A DNA stretch of 52,976 nucleotides, filler included, from Streblomastix strix (Eukaryota), in assembly GCA_008636045.1 (NCBI GenBank). It is 2 parts of 2 records of this genome, joined end to end, with 100 filler letters (N's around TTAATTAATTAA, not from the genome) between each part and the next. Parts side by side here need not be neighbours in the genome. Positions count along the whole stretch, not along the records: positions 1 to 26,475 come from SNRW01000165.1; 1 more part is not named here. One strand, written 5' to 3'. Below, piece by piece: positions 14,031 to 26,147 of the stretch. The number at the start of each line of letters is the position of its first letter. Position 1 is the first letter of the stretch. Both the position numbers and the translations under genes were made by a program. The notes beneath the pieces are model-generated. The model worked only from the letters and a program-made list of their open reading frames with translations, was not told the DNA's origin and ran no database searches.

Positions 14031-14621
14031 TATGGCAGGCTTATCGATTAATGGGACAAAATAATCTGTCCTCATTAGTATGTACATGCTAGCGGAGTGG
14101 GCAAATTGAATAATTATCCATGTGGGACAGTTTTTGGGACGGGACAAATCAGTGGACTCCTGTGAAAAAAGCCTGCCATTACGCCATTCATGCCATAAAT
14201 GAAATCAGTAATAAAGTGTATTGGTGATGGAAATTATTTTTGAAAATGAATGATTCTATGATAAATGAAAATCTTTCAATATATTTACGAAAATGAAGGT
14301 AGGACAAATTTAAAAGTCAATCTTTGAAATAGCTGCCATAATTATCTCTTTATGGTAATGTATAGATGTGCAATTTAGATAGAATGTTCAATAGCTATGG
14401 AGAATTAGATTCAAAATGAATGACATGGCAAAATGGCACGATGGCAGATGAAATGCACAACCTTCAGAGATCTGTCCCGTCCCATCTCGTGTCCCACATA
14501 ATCAAATAATCAATTTACATATATAATAAAAGATAATTCTATACGATTCTAGCATATTAACATATTTCATCAAAAATAATGGGACAAATCCAAAAGTCAA
14601 TCTTTGAATAGCCCGCCATAA
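14031..14621. repeat. Non-coding repeat array downstream of the primase-helicase
   Basis: tatggcag...tagcggagt...attatccatgtgggaca...ggacggga...ctgccat...tgccataaa matches the upstream copy. Two copies of ggacaaat-nn-aaaagtcaatctttgaa-tag-nn-gccataa lie at ~14302 and ~14582. Confidence 0.65.
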
Positions 14622-14887
14622 AATTTTATAATTATTATTATTACTCATTAGCACAAAAATAATTCATATTCATTGATTATTTGGTTAGTTATATCGATCA
14701 ATTATCTCACTAATTTAAAGTAAATCCTGTACGTTTGTTATGATAGTTTTCTAAAGACGTTGAATCAAGAGGAAGTATAAATCGTTGACAGATGCACGGA
14801 ATTCTTATCGCTGAATTCTATATTTTTATTATGCATGGGATCGTTACTCTGTGGCAATGCGTTCGGCTTCGCATGCTAACAAATAAA

Positions 14888-15601
14888 TCACACTCTAATC
14901 ATATTCAATAATTTGACTATTAATTTACAGATATTATCATCTAAACCTGATGTGAAATATTACTGCTTTGTTCGTTAGTTGTCATGGATAATCTCATAAA
15001 ATTTATTCAAACCTATCTCTTATATCTCAACTCTGTAGATAGCTGCATCTCCACTCTTGATCTATCGTTTCTTCATTATTTCTCCAAAACTGATGTGCTT
15101 GAATATTTCATTCATTAATTATTCTATTGACTTATTATATCTTAATGCAGTTGAAAGAGGAACATATGATTCAGTCAATTGGTTTATATTTTCTAGAAAC
15201 GATAGTCTTCCCAATCGTCCATTTCCATCCTCATGTGGATGGATGCGTTCGTATAATAGATAACACGCAAATAGAACCATAATCTTATTTGTTTGATCAT
15301 ACTCATAAGCGAAGTCCACTAATTGTTACAGCTCATTTGAATCGATGTTTTCATGTTAAATTCCAACATTAGTAGCAGAGATTATTTTTGAATTATTCTT
15401 ATCACTAACATATACACTACAATGTCTAAACGTCTCTCTTTTGAATAATGCTTAGTATAGTCCTTCAACCTATGGCACTTCATTATTCTTAAGGTATTCA
15501 ATTGCATCATTAATGTTATTTTTTGGTAATATATCCTATTAAATACAGTTAGAATCCATAATATTCTTATACATCAATCGATCTGCATCATTCGAAGCCA
15601 T
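14888..15601 (-). CDS. Fic/Doc-domain protein (putative AMP transferase), intact, 237 aa
   Basis: Uninterrupted code-6 ORF from ATG 15601 to TGA 14888 containing YERIHPHEDGNGRLGRL, which matches the Fic motif HxFx(D/E)GNGRxxR with F replaced by H. Confidence 0.9.
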
Positions 15602-15698
15602 TATCTTATCTATTTTATTATATCCATCATTATTGAACGTTATTGTAAATTCGTTAATTTTTATAGTTTATCTTGGAATCTTTTTAATAATAAATAAA

Positions 15699-15842
15699 AT
15701 GCTATTCGATATAGTTATTGGAACTTCATTAATGTTCATCGCTATTGCAAACATAGGCTTGTTTCTTATTGCTACAAGTGCTTATAATGCTCTAACCAAA
15801 GAAGAGGAAAAGACCCCAATAAATTTATCATTTTATTCGTGA
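15699..15842 (+). CDS. Small single-transmembrane protein (47 aa)
   Basis: MLFDIVIGTSLMFIAIANIGLFLIATSAYNALTKEEEKTPINLSFYS: one hydrophobic segment and a charged tail, ATG after AAAA, TGA stop. Confidence 0.45.
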   Translation: MLFDIVIGTSLMFIAIANIGLFLIATSAYNALTKEEEKTPINLSFYS

Positions 15843-15873
15843 CTATTAGACCTGTTATTTTTGATAAGAATAA

Positions 15874-16467
15874 ATGTCATTGATAAGATTAGTATCACCA
15901 TCCAAAAAAATAAGTTAAAGAGAACCAATGTCATCTCGTTAATCCGTATCGACAATTCCAGCAATAGTCGAAGTAGATTCACCATTCGAAAAGGAATAAG
16001 ATAAAGTGTCAGTTTAATCTGTTCGTTAAAGAAGAAAATGATCAATATTTGAAGAAATAATAATACCTGATCCATCAGTATGTCGATGGTTACTTGATAT
16101 AATTAGTGAAGATGAACATATGATTAAGGAATCAGCCCATTTCATATTATTCGAACATTAATTAATAAAAGTAATTGCATACACATTTGATGTAATGGAA
16201 AGCTAAGTTTTATTTAATACAGAAGATGAAGGATGTTGTGGTAAATTTATGCACGATGGTACTAGAACATTAAGAGATATTTAAATAAACAACGTAAATA
16301 TACTTATTCTAGATATCGATAAAGTCAAATTTCTCAGAGATTCATATAAATTATGCTTATAAAAAGTTAGAAAAATAACTCGAATTTTAGATCTAGGAGA
16401 TATCTCTTCAAAATTAATGTCTGCAGCAAGTAAAGGGTTAATGGCAGTTCTATCACAAATTCATTGA
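15874..16467 (+). pseudogene. Conserved hypothetical viral protein with a GCCG motif and one internal TGA
   Basis: Code-6 ORF with TGA at 16039. NTEDEGCCGKFMHDGTRTLRDIQINNVNI resembles EEPLMRAHSCMGKTNKKKGLIRVMDVLIKNVSV at ~29220-29330, and both precede a fibre gene. Confidence 0.55.
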
Positions 16468-16494
16468 CCATTCCAGTTTATTTTTGGTAATTAA

Positions 16495-19096
16495 ATGCCA
16501 ACTGATGCAGACTTACTTTCCTTAGATGTGCTCTAAATTCATGATGAAATTTTGTACAGAAACGTTCGTCATAATACTGTTTGGTTGATTGATTAAGTTA
16601 CAAACATTAATACTCAAATCAATATGATAAATAATGCTTCAGCACATGATGTATATATTAGACCTGAAACAAATAAAATATTTGATACAAAAGCTGATAA
16701 AACTGATACTTATACGAAAACTGAAACCGATACTCTACTCTATGATAAAGCATATAAAACTGTTATAATCGATGCATATAACACGACAGAAACCGATGAA
16801 AAATTAAACCTTAAAGCAAATGTTGCAGATATTGTTGATTGTTATTCTAAGACAGAAACCGATACTCTACTCGATGATAAAGCTGATAAAATTAATACTT
16901 ATACAAAAACTGAAACAGATACTTTACTCGATGGTAAAGCAGATAAAACTGATTTGGCTAATTATGTTGATTTAACTTCTGCTCGAACAATATCAGGTTA
17001 AAAATAATTCGGAATAATTAGTGTTTCCAGCATATCAAAACAAAGTAAAAATGATGCTTCTATTCCTCTCGTAGGAGGTGGCGATATGTTTATAAGTTCA
17101 CTAGTAACTTAGCCATAATTATAGGAAGTTAGAGATATTGCTACTGGAAAATCAAAAGCATATGTATTCTCATCATAAGAAGAGTTGAATAATTGGATGG
17201 CTATTCAAGAGAACGTTGCAAAACTAGTGATTGGAGATAATTTATATATTGTTGATAAAGAGGTAACAGAATATTGATGGGATGGAACTGACTTAAAAAT
17301 ACTAGAAACAAAATTATCTGATATGAGTAATGTTATTATAACTCTAGGTGCAGCTACTGGAAGTAGAAATGCAATAACTGATATATCAATTGATGGAAAC
17401 ACATTAACTCCTGTGAAAAATATTACGTTTGTTACTACAGGATTTGATCAATTTATTACTGGAATGAAGACCTTTACAAGTACTATTATTTCTAATGGTA
17501 TTCAATATTCAGGATACGATAATAGTTCTGTATTTTTTTGCTGGTGGAGGAGTAAGATCAATTGCAGATATAAATGCAAGTGATGATTTGAGTAATTATT
17601 ATAATAAAACTTAGACATATTCCTAAACAGAAACTAATAATCTATTAAACAATAAAGCAAACACTGGAGTTTTATATTCTAAATCGGAGGATGATACACT
17701 ATTGTTATTGAAAGCAGATAAGACATAATTGATTGATTCATTCACAAAAATTGAAACAAATAACTTATTGAATAGTAAGACTGACAATGGAGTTTCAAAC
17801 ACAAAAAGTGAAGATGAAGCATTCCTATTGCTGAAAGCAGATAAGACCAAATTGATTGACTCTTATATTAAATCAGAAGATGATGTATTCCTATTATTGA
17901 AAGCAGAAAATACCTAATTGATTGATTCTTATACAAAAACTGAAACAAATAATCTGTAAAATAGTAAAGCAAATACAGAAGTTTCTTATACGAAAGAAGA
18001 AGATGATGCACTCCTATTGCTGAAAGCTGATAAGACATAATTGATTGATTCCTATGCAATGACGGAAACAAATAATCTATTAAATGATAAAGCAAATTAA
18101 TCAACAACATGTATCAAAATAGAAACTGATCAATTAATATCTTAAATTGATACAGGTAATGTTGATTTAAGTAGTTACTACACTAAAACAAAAACAGATG
18201 AATTATTGGATGAGAAAGCAAATACAACTGATCTTTCTAATTATATGACCTTAGATACTGCATAAACAATTAATGCAAATAAGATATTCAATAATGCTTG
18301 TAGATTCGTTAGTTCAATTGATGGAATGTCGACAGTAACAGGGTCATCATTTGTCAAATCAGGTGCGGATGATACTGTAGTTTTACTTGGAGCTAGTGGA
18401 ACAAAACCAATATCTGAATTCGCTGGTGCTCCAACTGATTTATCAAATTATTGTGCAAAAACATAGACATATTCACAAACTGATACAAATAATAAATTTG
18501 TAAGATTGAAAGGTTCAATTCAATAAACAATAACAAGAAGATTAAAATATGTAAGTCCATTTGACTGTCAGGATGAAACACAGGACCCTGTAGCTAATAC
18601 TTACTTAACTATGTCAGAAATTGACGCTAAACTAACGAATGCTGTTACTGCAAATATCACTCAATCAATAACTGGAGCTAAGACATTCAATTCAAAAGTT
18701 AATGCTGCTGGATTTGCTAAAATAGGCAAGGATGATACATTGGTTCTATTGACTGGTGGTGGTGACCGATTATTATCATCATTTGGAGGGATTGAAGACT
18801 TAACATCGTCTGCATTTTCTAGTATGAATGGAGCAGTAGTATAAAATATATTAATTCGAATCGCAAATCTATATATATTTTCATTACTCGCTTATGGAGG
18901 AAATTATAACGTAGGAATTTTTAACCCTTATTACTTAGTTTAAGATGATACGGCTATTGCTACATATATTCCATTTCCGAATAGTACTATTGATAAGAGA
19001 GGTTATGTAATGATTACTCATTCAACTGATCTTATAACCTTAAAATCAAACACCAATACATATATTTAATGTGCATCTGCTACATAGGTTAAATGA
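16495..19096 (+). pseudogene. Virion fibre / tail-fibre-like repeat protein
   Basis: Many ~19-aa KADKTDTYTKTETDTLLDD-type repeats (~16660-16960 and ~17580-18240) and several T-Q-T/S-I-x-G-x-K-T-F...LLxGGG units like phage fibre shaft repeats. TGA at 17276 and a frameshift near 17540. Confidence 0.75.
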
Positions 19097-19133
19097 AGTT
19101 ATAGATCGATTCATACTATTTTTGAACTATGAA

Positions 19134-20774
19134 ATGAGTTACGAAATAAGCAGTGTATACATAGATGAAGCATTATTAGAAGCAGCAGGACTATTAGAAT
19201 TTCCAGAATATTATGCGTATATTATCGAGAGAGATCAAGAGCCAGTTCCACCAGCTGAGAGAGTACCAATCGGAGAATAAACTCTGCAATAACAAATGAA
19301 ACATAATTATGATATTCTCTTTAATACAAACAAAGAGTTTGTTCCTCCAGTTTCAAATGCACCTACAAAATTGGAGTTAAGTTCAAAGTTAGAACGATTT
19401 AATTTCTTAGCTTCAAGTGTATCAGATCCATAATTAATTGTGTACGGTGATCGTGTTACATTAACTGTGTCATATGAAACTACTGGATTGTTTCCTAATG
19501 GAAATTTATTCAAAAGTTATCCTGAAGAAGCTAGACCAAAAGCTGGCGATAAAGTGATTTAATTAGTTGGAACAGATACTACGAATAAAAATAGTATATA
19601 TTGCTATATCGATTAGAATAGACTATTTATCATCAGTACTTCATAGATTCCATCAAAAACTGCACTCTTAATAAATGTAACCAATTATAAAAAATATGAA
19701 TCATCGAAAAAAATAAATTATGATGCAAATAATGATGGACGAGTTGATATAATGGATACTTGGCATGTTAATGGCAAAAGAACTTTCGAAACATCATCTC
19801 ATGTATATGAAACTGTGAAAAGATAAACTGATTTGATCGCAACTGTATTGTTTGGTGATAATAAAATAAATTTTTTAAATAGTGATATAAAATTATAGGA
19901 TGAATTAGCAATCTATAAAGCGGATAGAGCAATATTTCTCATTAAGGAACGTTCATTTATTACATTTAGTTTTGGTGCAAAATTAGGATAAATTATATAA
20001 TAATAAGCTAATTCAGAAAATCAATAAACAGTTCATAGATTATTTTCGATAAAAACTTAAAAATTACTTCCTCCAAATACGAAGTATATGCCAGTTCGTA
20101 CTGAACATTAAGAATATACTGCGATGTGTTTGTTCAAAGATATGTTTGATAAATCATTAGCCGTAGAAGTAGCTGTAAGTGGTGTATTGAATAAGTATGA
20201 TTGTGAATTTTAAGGAACATATATACTCGATAACTATAAGAACCCAACATCAAATGAAAAACCAAACGCATTACCATTAGATCCAAAAGAACCTGATTCA
20301 CACATTGATGTAGTAATTATAAAATAAGATGGAAAATTAGTACCATCACCTTTACCAATGTATACAATAACTAATGTATTCAATTAAATTCAACTTATTG
20401 CACCATTTGATCAGGGTGGACGTGCTTATAATACGTATTATATTGTAGATGATGGGACTTGCAAAGTATGTGTATTCAATCTATATTTTGAAACAAAAGG
20501 ATAAGCAACATGTACATAAGAGATCGGTAGGATTCCAGATTCTATATTACCAACTGATGGTAAAAGTATGTGATTTCCTGCATCTGCCTATAGAAAAGCT
20601 GGTGGATATATAAATTGGTTAGGTACGTGCTATTTCGGATTCAATTAATAATATAAAATGTTATATTGCTTTTTGCAAAATGTTCAAGAAGTTATTCCTG
20701 AATCATCAACAGATATTTATGAATATTGCTCATGTGGAATGTACTATCTATGAGACGTTGATTCTATAAATTGA
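19134..20774 (+). pseudogene. Putative receptor-binding (fibre head) protein with three beta-rich domains and a Ca-binding-like loop
   Basis: Code-6 ORF of ~545 codons with YPEEARPK, QKLLPPN and IGRIPDSILPT motifs resembling fibre head domains, plus YDANNDGRVDIMD at ~19719-19757. In-frame TGA at ~20571 and 20751. Confidence 0.5.
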
Positions 20775-20806
20775 TGCAAGTACGTTTATTTTTGCGTATT
20801 AAAATC

Positions 20807-21136
20807 ATGGCAGCAGGAATATTCAACAAGCTAAAAAAATTAGTCTATATAGTAGGTAAAGGAGTCAGTTGGATGAATGATGAAGTAGTCAAACAAATAA
20901 TGCCCATAACTAACGCATTTCTCTAATCATTGGTACCAGCAGGAAGTATGGTGGCGAAAGGAATTAGTGCAGGATCATCTGCAGTTGATGCACTATGGGG
21001 TCCAAATAAATAATAATCAAAATAACAGTTTAGATAAGATTTTAAGACTTTCCGATAGGATGATTACTTAAGGAAAAATGTTCCGATTGATATAATTAGT
21101 AAACGTATACAGCTTCTTGGAGATAAATTTTAGTGA
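20807..21136 (+). CDS. Small protein (109 aa) with an N-terminal amphipathic helix; candidate membrane-lytic or core virion protein
   Basis: Intact ORF MAAGIFNKLKKLVYIVGKGVSWMNDEVVKQIMP..., located immediately upstream of the probable MCP. Confidence 0.6.
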
Positions 21137-21189
21137 ATCATTATTCGAGTTAACTAACATATAATCAGATTATTTTTGCGCAATTGAAC

Positions 21190-23383
21190 ATGAATCGCTA
21201 GCTTATGAAGACGCATATCTCAAAATCACAAGAAAATTTGTAAACTATTGAGAACTTATTAAAGACATTCGCAATTCAACCATTTTAGAATGACGGAGAG
21301 CACCATTTCTCAATCAAAGAGATCAAACCAGAATCATAAATGCCATCATTTTTTGACAAGGAAGTTATCATCAGTTTATCCGATTCGAATCATGATGTAA
21401 CACAAATGTAAAATTCAATCATTACACTTGAGTTTAAAATGAATCTGTTATTCGATAATAAATTTGATAAATTTGATGATGCTTATAAATAAGGTACTTA
21501 TATATCTGTAGGATTGAAGAATTCAGCTGAATTGAATAAATAATATGTTCTATATCATAGAGGAAAGACCATTGATTGATCCCTCTAGAACGATGTAACA
21601 ACTGAATCATTTATTTATAATACAATCAAACCAAAATTAGAGAAAAATAGTAATAGATTTGTCCATTCACTTTATGAAAATGTGCGTAAAGATGACATAT
21701 CTTGCTGTGGTAGATATTTTAGCATTAAAGAAATTTCAGAAGTACTTGCACCATAAACTTCATCTCCATATACCATGCCCGTTGGCTTCACAGTATCAAT
21801 CCCTCTGGATGATTTACTCATTTTCTCTGCATTCTCTGATCATCTTAGTAGTCTGTTTGGTGATCTCAAAATTAAATTCAAAATTAACCTAAGTGCATTC
21901 ATATTCTGCTAAAAAGATCCAGTACTTTCAATAGCTAAATATTATACAATTACAGTCAATATCGGTTAATTCAAATATCTGTTAATTCACAGTAGATTTA
22001 ATTCGCAGAATTCAATTTAAATGATCTATTTTTAAAATTTTTGCTTAAATTTTTTCACTTAATTTGCAGTAACTAAGTATGTAATTCGCAGCAATTTTTT
22101 ATCAAACTCTTATAAATTTTAATTTTTTAAAAAATAAAATAAAAGTTTATGAAATGTTTATATTTAATTTGGATATAGAATATTTTGTTTCTTTTCATAA
22201 AACTGAAATAAATAAAAATATTTCAAAAAATGTTTAACTAATTTTTTTATAAAACTTATATTTAAAATAAATTTAATTATTATTTTTATCAGTATTCTAT
22301 TAATGAATTTTTTTTAATTAAAATAAATTTTTTAATATTTTTTATGTACAAAAACTGCGAATTATCCCTAATTCGCAATTCCATTTTTTTGCAAAACGAT
22401 TTTTGAATTAACCGATAATACTGTAATAAAGATGAATGATTGAGTTCAGGTCAAGATAAGCTTAAGGATATTGATCTATTCTTCCGCAATTGGTCTCTCA
22501 CATTCTAATACACTATCATGTACACATAAATTGGATGCACTGCTGATTTGATAACTGGAATACGTGTAGAAGAACTAACTCCTTCAGGATTAAGGAATCT
22601 CGTTTGTGATATTAAACCAGTAACAGTATCTGTAAGAAACTATATTATAAAAGCTATAACAGCAAATATGTGTGGATATAAACATCAGAATATTGTCTTA
22701 ATCGTGTATGATAATTTTATTAAAGTCGTCCATTTGTTGTTCCTGCATAACGTATTGAATCATGGGTATTTCCAAGTGCAGCTTCATCTGCTGGAATAAA
22801 AACAACTTAAAATATACCACTATCTCATGTAACAGATATGTGCTTATTATTCCTTAAGGATGCTAGACATGTTACTTGTTACGAAAATACATGCTATTTT
22901 GATATGCAAATTAATACAATGAATAGAAATTTCCCAGATTTTCCAATGAATACTCCTAACGAATAATTCTTCACAATACAATTATAAGCTAATAATCTCG
23001 ATAATATATTCGAAGCACGTGATGAATACGAAGATTCACTCGCTACTTCAAGGGCTAATAAAACACGAAGATACAATCCAGTTAGTGATTATACATCATT
23101 CTTCATTACAATATAATGTGAACGCAATAACAATGGTGCATTAACATTTGATGCATTAGATTCTAAGAACTAGAACACTGCAATTGTACTAAAATGACGT
23201 CCAATATTCGCTAGAGAAGTAGATACTTATTATAATGTTGATACTAATGGAAAACATCCACCTCCTCCGATTTTGTGCACTGTGCATGATACTTTCTGGC
23301 TATTCAATCTTAGAGTTGGAGGATTTTGCCTATACGATACAACTCATTCATTTGATTAGGTTATTAATTAGGTTACTGCTTTA
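21190..23383 (+). pseudogene. Probable double jelly-roll major capsid protein, interrupted by a MITE
   Basis: About 575 codons after removing the insertion, beta-rich (FTVSIPLDDLLIF, LFGDLKIKFKIN, PFVVPAQRIESW, CERNNNGALTFD, PPPPILCTVHDTFWLF). Size and context (fibre genes, ATPase) fit an MCP. Several TGAs and a frameshift near 22683. The fold is inferred. Confidence 0.65.
21953..22423. mobile_element. Tc1/mariner-type MITE, 471 bp, TA target-site duplication
   Basis: ta|cagtcaatatcggttaattcaaa ... tttgaattaaccgataatactg|ta. Removing the element and one TA restores aca att aat aaa gat in the MCP frame. Subterminal taattcgca repeats are present. Confidence 0.9.
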
Positions 23384-23412
23384 TATCAATAGAACATTAT
23401 TTTTATAATAAA

Positions 23413-23787
23413 ATGCCATTTGATATGACCTCAGCTCCTAATGTAAAACGCTTTTTAATAATGTAGGATGATTATACGTATGTGGATGGAATGTTTATGG
23501 TATAGTTGCCTTATGATTTTGTTAACTCAAATAATTAGCGAAAAATAGTATTCGTATAATTTAAGATTCTTAATATTTCTGATATTGTTTCAATTCATTC
23601 AACACTAATATAAGAAGAATAATATTATGATAGTTTTATAAGTTTTTGTAATGAAACTAGAACAATTACTGAATTTTAATAAATAAATCATTACCCAAGT
23701 ATATTGATTTTGTTCAAAAATAATATGAATTAGAATGTATCATAAACGGATATAAAATTTGTTCTTGAATTGATGCTTTAATATTGA
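23413..23787 (+). CDS. Small beta-rich protein (124 aa), candidate minor capsid (single jelly-roll) protein
   Basis: Intact ORF directly after the MCP, ending in KFVLELMLQY, a terminal strand pattern like that of penton proteins. Function inferred. Confidence 0.5.
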
Positions 23788-23795
23788 TTGTGAAC

Positions 23796-23951
23796 TAGGC
23801 CGTTCAATTTGAACGGACCTATTTGATATAGGTAATTGAGTTTATTTTTGAAGGATTATTAGGTGAGTCCTAAATTCATGGTGACCCAATTTACTATGGG
23901 GATTAGTGGTCAAAATTTCAGTTCAATCGGTCAGCTGAAATTCGGCTGACC
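23796..23951. promoter_or_regulatory. Cluster of short palindromes between the capsid module and the KilA-N gene
   Basis: taggccgttcaatttgaacggaccta (23796-23821) and ggtcagctgaaattcggctgacc (23929-23951). Confidence 0.5.
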
Positions 23952-24032
23952 CCCCTCATAAATTATTTTTCATGCATTAATAAATAGTCTTTATTTTAAT
24001 TTACTAATCTATCTTTTTTTACAAATCAGAAA

Positions 24033-24884
24033 ATGGAACAAGTCAAAACTGCTACTGAAATCTAAAACAATGAAAAATTCAAAATTGTATCGAATAATGG
24101 GCTGAATTTCATGATATGGTAATCAGATGAGTTTGTCAATGCTACTAAACTTTGTGATCAACATCATAAACCATTTAAGCTTCTAATGAAAAACTAATTC
24201 TGGCACGATTATTTCGATGAAGAACAATAAGAACTTGAGTGTGGCGGAAATCTGCCATGCCACCTATTGTATGAGATTAATAAAGGGTTTGATAATAAAT
24301 TCAAAGGTTATTAAGTTCATCCACATTTAATCAATTATGTAGCAATTTGGGTATCACCGAAGTATGCTATGACTGTATGAAAGATTTTGGACAAAATTAA
24401 CGAAACAACTATTGCGAAACATGAAGCTGATAAAACATAAGCAATAACAGATTAACTCCATAGTGTAATAAATACAGTTACTGATACATTATCTGATAGA
24501 ATCACTGAGTTAAACAATAAAGTACATTAATTAGCACCAAGAGTTGTTCCAAATGGTAAAGAAATAACATACATATTGATAGTTGAAGAGATTAATGAAG
24601 ATGAATAACTTGAAGAATAGCAAGAAGATCATATTACAACACGAATCAGAAAAATTAATAGAAAAGACTTACGTTCCGCAAAAATAGAACGATATCGTCG
24701 TGAATCATTACTTTTTGTTGATAATTTACCAATAGCTATGACAATTAATGAGAAAATTAAAGAAACTCTATAATTAAGACAAGATGTAAAAATATGGTCA
24801 ACACATTATACATTCCCAGAAGATTAATTAGATTTCATAATTGATATAACATAAGCCGTAATTAACACAGAAAGAGCACATTGA
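24033..24884 (+). pseudogene. KilA-N domain DNA-binding protein with one in-frame TGA
   Basis: DEFVNATKLC...FWHDYF...KGYQVHPHLINYVAIWVSPKYA, followed by a coiled coil and a C-terminal domain. TGA at 24378. Confidence 0.88.
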
Positions 24885-24917
24885 TGTATATGGCTATTTT
24901 ATTTTTATTTAATTGAA

Positions 24918-25322
24918 ATGTCTCGTATACTATTCGATAGTAAATTAGTTATGAACCATAAGTCCTAAGACAAAATATAAAAATTACTTGAACTAAAAAT
25001 AATCAACAATACTGATGTGTAACTATTAACGTTTGATTCGACTGATGAATTCCATTAATATTATGCAGCTAATAAAGAATCTATTGATAAGATGCCAATT
25101 ATAAAATTAAATAAGCAATATAAAATAGAAAGGTATATCTTTACAAAATAAAATGAATAAATAGCATTGAAATAAGCGAAACATAAGTCATCTGAACAAA
25201 TTGAATTTGCTAGTCTATAAGAATAAATCAAAGAAATAGATACTAAACTAACATATTTAATTAACTTCTTTGAATAAAAATAATAATCAATATCCTACTA
25301 AGATGATGAATACGTTCATTGA
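24918..25322 (+). CDS. Hypothetical viral protein (134 aa)
   Basis: Intact code-6 ORF from ATG to TGA (TFDSTDEFHQYYAANKESIDKMPIIKLNKQYKIE) with a C-terminal coiled coil. Confidence 0.6.
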
Positions 25323-26123
25323 TCGTATTATTCGTACCATTGTTCCATCATTATTATACTGTACCATTAATGCTTCTCGTTTGCCTAATTGCTCATATTC
25401 ATTCCATAACGTTTCCTTATCTAACGGAATGCTTGATTAATAGAAGAATAAATTGAATTTTTATCTATTGAATCCATCGAAAAAGTATATTGTATCATCA
25501 TTAGATTTAATATTAGCGTCTAAACAAATTATGTCTTACAAGCATAGGAAATAAGTGATTCTAGGCTATCTATTTTTGAATAGTTTCTTATATAATGGAT
25601 TGTTTTTATTCTTGAAGATACTCATTGCATCATCGAAAAGCACTATTGTATATGGAAATTTGATAGAGAAGTCCTTTGTTCCTACATGAGATAATATATC
25701 TTTTTTAGATTCATCATTCATTTATTTTTCTAATTTCTTTTCAATAAGTTCATCATAAGCTTGTTTACATTCAATTAATTCATCTAATGCTTCATTTACT
25801 TCTGTATATGGAACTATATTAGTTAGGATAGTGATTAAGTCTTTCATTTTCTTATAAGTTATATTGTTATTGCTATCAGTAACATATATGAATAGTGTGT
25901 AACAATTATTAGGCAATTAACTCAATTTAATTAGCTCTTTGAATACATTATATGACTTACCGCTTCCTCGCTAACCAACAAGAAGATTGATTGAATTATA
26001 TGAGAAATTTAGTTCTTTATGAATAATTGATTATACTACATGTTTATTAGTTTTCTATTTACTAAGCAATTGATCTACATATGCGTTAAGAGATATGTGT
26101 TTGTTATTAATTATTTCATTCAG
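25287..26123 (-). CDS. A32-like (FtsK/HerA) genome-packaging ATPase; start codon apparently degenerate (CTG)
   Basis: Walker A LLVGQRGSGKS (25953-25976), Walker B TIVLFDDA, and KNRQPRITYFLCLQD carrying the conserved Arg and Gln. The frame is uninterrupted in code 6. Confidence 0.9.
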
Positions 26124-26147
26124 TTATGAACGTTTTCTTATTAACAA

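Noticed and set aside
16660..18240. Regularly spaced ~57-60-bp repeats as a CRISPR array
   Set aside because: The repeats are degenerate, in frame and protein-coding, with no unique spacers and no cas genes.
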